Positions 51,190 to 53,665 of a DNA stretch of 53,665 nucleotides are shown one piece after another (position 1 is the first letter of the stretch; each line of letters begins with the position of its first letter). The stretch spans positions 19,537,941 to 19,591,605 of the forward strand of contig NC_068982.1 in the NCBI RefSeq assembly GCF_001194135.2. The letters are read 5' to 3'. Position numbers and translations under genes: made by a program. The notes beneath the pieces were generated by a model. That model had not been told where the DNA came from, searched no databases, and saw only the letters and a list, made by a program, of their open reading frames with translations. The DNA comes from Octopus bimaculoides (Eukaryota).

Positions 51190-51704
51190 NNNNNNNNNNN
51201 NNNNNNNNNNNNNNNNNNNNNNNNNNNNNNNNNNNNNNNNNNNNNNNNNNNNNNNNNNNNNNNNNNNNNNNNNNNNNNNNNNNNNNNNNNNNNNNNNNNN
51301 NNNNNNNNNNNNNNNNNNNNNNNNNNNNNNNNNNNNNNNNNNNNNNNNNNNNNNNNNNNNNNNNNNNNNNNNNNNNNNNNNNNNNNNNNNNNNNNNNNNN
51401 NNNNNNNNNNNNNNNNNNNNNNNNNNNNNNNNNNNNNNNNNNNNNNNNNNNNNNNNNNNNNNNNNNNNNNNNNNNNNNNNNNNNNNNNNNNNNNNNNNNN
51501 NNNNNNNNNNNNNNNNNNNNNNNNNNNNNNNNNNNNNNNNNNNNNNNNNNNNNNNNNNNNNNNNNNNNNNNNNNNNNNNNNNNNNNNNNNNNNNNNNNNN
51601 NNNNNNNNNNNNNNNNNNNNNNNNNNNNNNNNNNNNNNNNNNNNNNNNNNNNNNNNNNNNNNNNNNNNNNNNNNNNNNNNNNNNNNNNNNNNNNNNNNNN
51701 NNNN
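51190..51704. other. Assembly gap
   Basis: N run. Confidence 1.
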
Positions 51705-52649
51705 TATATATATATATATGTATGTATATAAATGTTTGTGTATACATTGAATATAAAAGAATGTTGTGAAGCAGTTCAATCCGGGCTACGCATGTTTCAG
51801 TAGCAAGACATTTTTATTGATTACACGTGTATTACATCATGCACATTCCTACCACGTCTTCAGAGCACGAAACCGCCCAGGTAGCAGAGAGCGATGCACT
51901 AAACGGAATAATATCATTAACTATCGTGAGATCATATAATTGATTATTGTAACAAATATAACGGAACCATTAATACAGCTCAACCACTTAGCCACAAACC
52001 TTGGAATCAAACATATTTCGTCTTTTCAACTCTAGAAGGGCAACAAAACGTTTAAATATTTTCAAATGCAAACTTCTATCAATAGCTCAGCACGAACTGA
52101 ATAATTTTTGCTATTGTATTATACATACAACCAACATGTCGAGGTTACATTTATTATCTTTCCACACAAGCTGCATTGAAATTAAATGTAACATGTTTCC
52201 GTATTATTAAACAAATATCTAACAATTATAGATATTTTGTCTTCCTACAGACTTTTGAGATCCTGACATTACTTCAGATCCTTCAGGTGAAAACTATTAC
52301 TATATTCTCAGACATTATCTAGATATTTGTGTCTTCTTCAGTAAAGATAACTGCAATCATTTCATGCCGTCTGAAAATGTTTTCTCATTTGTCAGAAGTA
52401 CTGTGTAGCAGAATCTTGCCTGTGGGAATGTGAATATTGTGACTTAATGCAATGTGTGCAGATTGAATTCAATAGCATGTATTATTCAGAATGGAAATAG
52501 CGAAATCGCAATACTTATGTCTCAAGCGATTCTGTTTCTATGTATGTATGTATGTATGTAGGAGAATATACAAATAATAACAACAGACGAGGACAGGTGG
52601 TGTAAATAACAAAAGTATATATTAGTATGACGCTCGGGAATACGGAAAG

Positions 52650-52686
52650 TCTTTGACGTTTCGAGCTACGCTCTTCAACAGAAAGA
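52650..52686 (-). ncRNA. Minimal type I hammerhead variant (family B, A6U core)
   Basis: tcttt|CTGTTGA|a|gagc gta gctc|GAA|ACGT|C|aaaga. Stems I and II are perfect, stem III is the ACGU palindrome, and the cleavage triplet is GUC. Lies in a short PLE-like repeat (about 52561-52720) inside (TATG)n. Confidence 0.68.
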
Positions 52687-53626
52687 ATACGGAGACAAGG
52701 AGAAAAACACGGAGAGAAAAAAATTGATTGTATGTATGTATGTATGTACGTATGTATGTATGCATATATGTATGATTTTTCAGTGAGTTTAATTTAAATT
52801 CTTGAGAAGGTTCAACCTGGTTGCTAACTGATCAACATGGCTTTTTCAGTTGAGAGAATTCCCGGCGTTTGCAAATATGTGGTTGAATTGGTGTCTGCTG
52901 AATTGTGAATGCATACACCCGACTGTGTGCATTTATTCACATGAGAATCTCACATAGAAAAGTTTTGGAATATCTTACAAATTTTCTCTGTGCCCTTAAT
53001 ATATCGGATTCATGGATCTGTGTTAGTCACTTTTAATCGTTTACCGTGGAACCGAATATTTCTAGTTTTACTTTTATTTATTTATTACAAATTAGTTGGT
53101 ACATAACTTAATGCACCTACAATGATAGTACACATGAGAATTTATAGTCATGGCACAAGTGATGTAAGTTACACAATAACGCGTCATTACTATTCTCTTT
53201 TTCCTGGATATTTGATTATGCATTCAGATCAGTCGGCAGCTGATCTATACAACGGTGCATGAATTTTGTTCCCTGTCACACAGATCAATATCAGATCTAT
53301 TATATTTGCACTGAATTGATCTTTTTATTAGTGTTCAACCAGTCTTTCTTGTTTTTAGAGGTGTAATTACCGGCTTGTTCTGACATGCCTTTCATGTAAG
53401 CGTCAGGCTGTACCCATATATTGCTTTTGTTGGTAGGGTGACCGCTTCTCCTCCAGGCTTCTGATTCGGTAGGCCGGTTCAGCCTCCATTGGGTCGCATA
53501 AGAGAGCTGTAGCCTCAGAGAACTCGCAGAGTAGCTCTTCTACGATTCTGCAGATGTTGTTGGTCTCACTTTCACTCGTATGTATGTATGTATGTATGTG
53601 TGAATGTATGTATGTATGAATGTATG

Positions 53627-53665
<39 letters not shown>

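Noticed and set aside
52251-52286. Plus-strand 36-nt exon candidate (TFEILTLLQILQ) with a strong acceptor
   Set aside because: No linked exons and an unrecognised peptide. Such sites arise by chance in 54 kb of AT-rich DNA.
52295-52345. Minus-strand CTGAAGA with a 5-bp stem (agaca/tgtct)
   Set aside because: Followed by GAGA rather than GAAA, with no stem I complement.

Overview
AT-rich, repeat-dominated animal genomic DNA from a short-read draft assembly, with eight N-gaps, most flanked by microsatellites. The repeat families (tRNA-headed SINEs with CORE-like and Deu/Nin-like cores, R4/Dong and HERO LINE remnants, mariner elements, Penelope-like elements) suggest an Octopus genome; this is inferred from recalled repeat families, not from a database hit. 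No host protein-coding gene can be called with confidence. Nearly all listed ORFs are microsatellite translations or decayed transposon fragments, and only isolated splice-site or exon candidates are seen. The main signal is a set of minimal type I hammerhead ribozyme (HHR) motifs from at least four unrelated Penelope-like (PLE) repeat families (14.2, 24.6/32.7/34.0, 35.9 and 52.7 kb). Each has a palindromic or near-palindromic stem III, consistent with dimer cleavage, and most have an extra nucleotide after A9. In one GIY-YIG PLE (32.6-34.1 kb), each of the two inverted terminal arms carries a tRNA-derived Pol III A/B-box module between the ORF stop codon and the ribozyme, suggesting a Pol III-driven tRNA-hammerhead RNA. 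Other notable items: a Helentron-type HINE, a full-length mariner with an internal LINE filler, a HERO LINE nested in a second mariner, several long foldback elements, and a candidate dual (recursive) AG|GT splice site.
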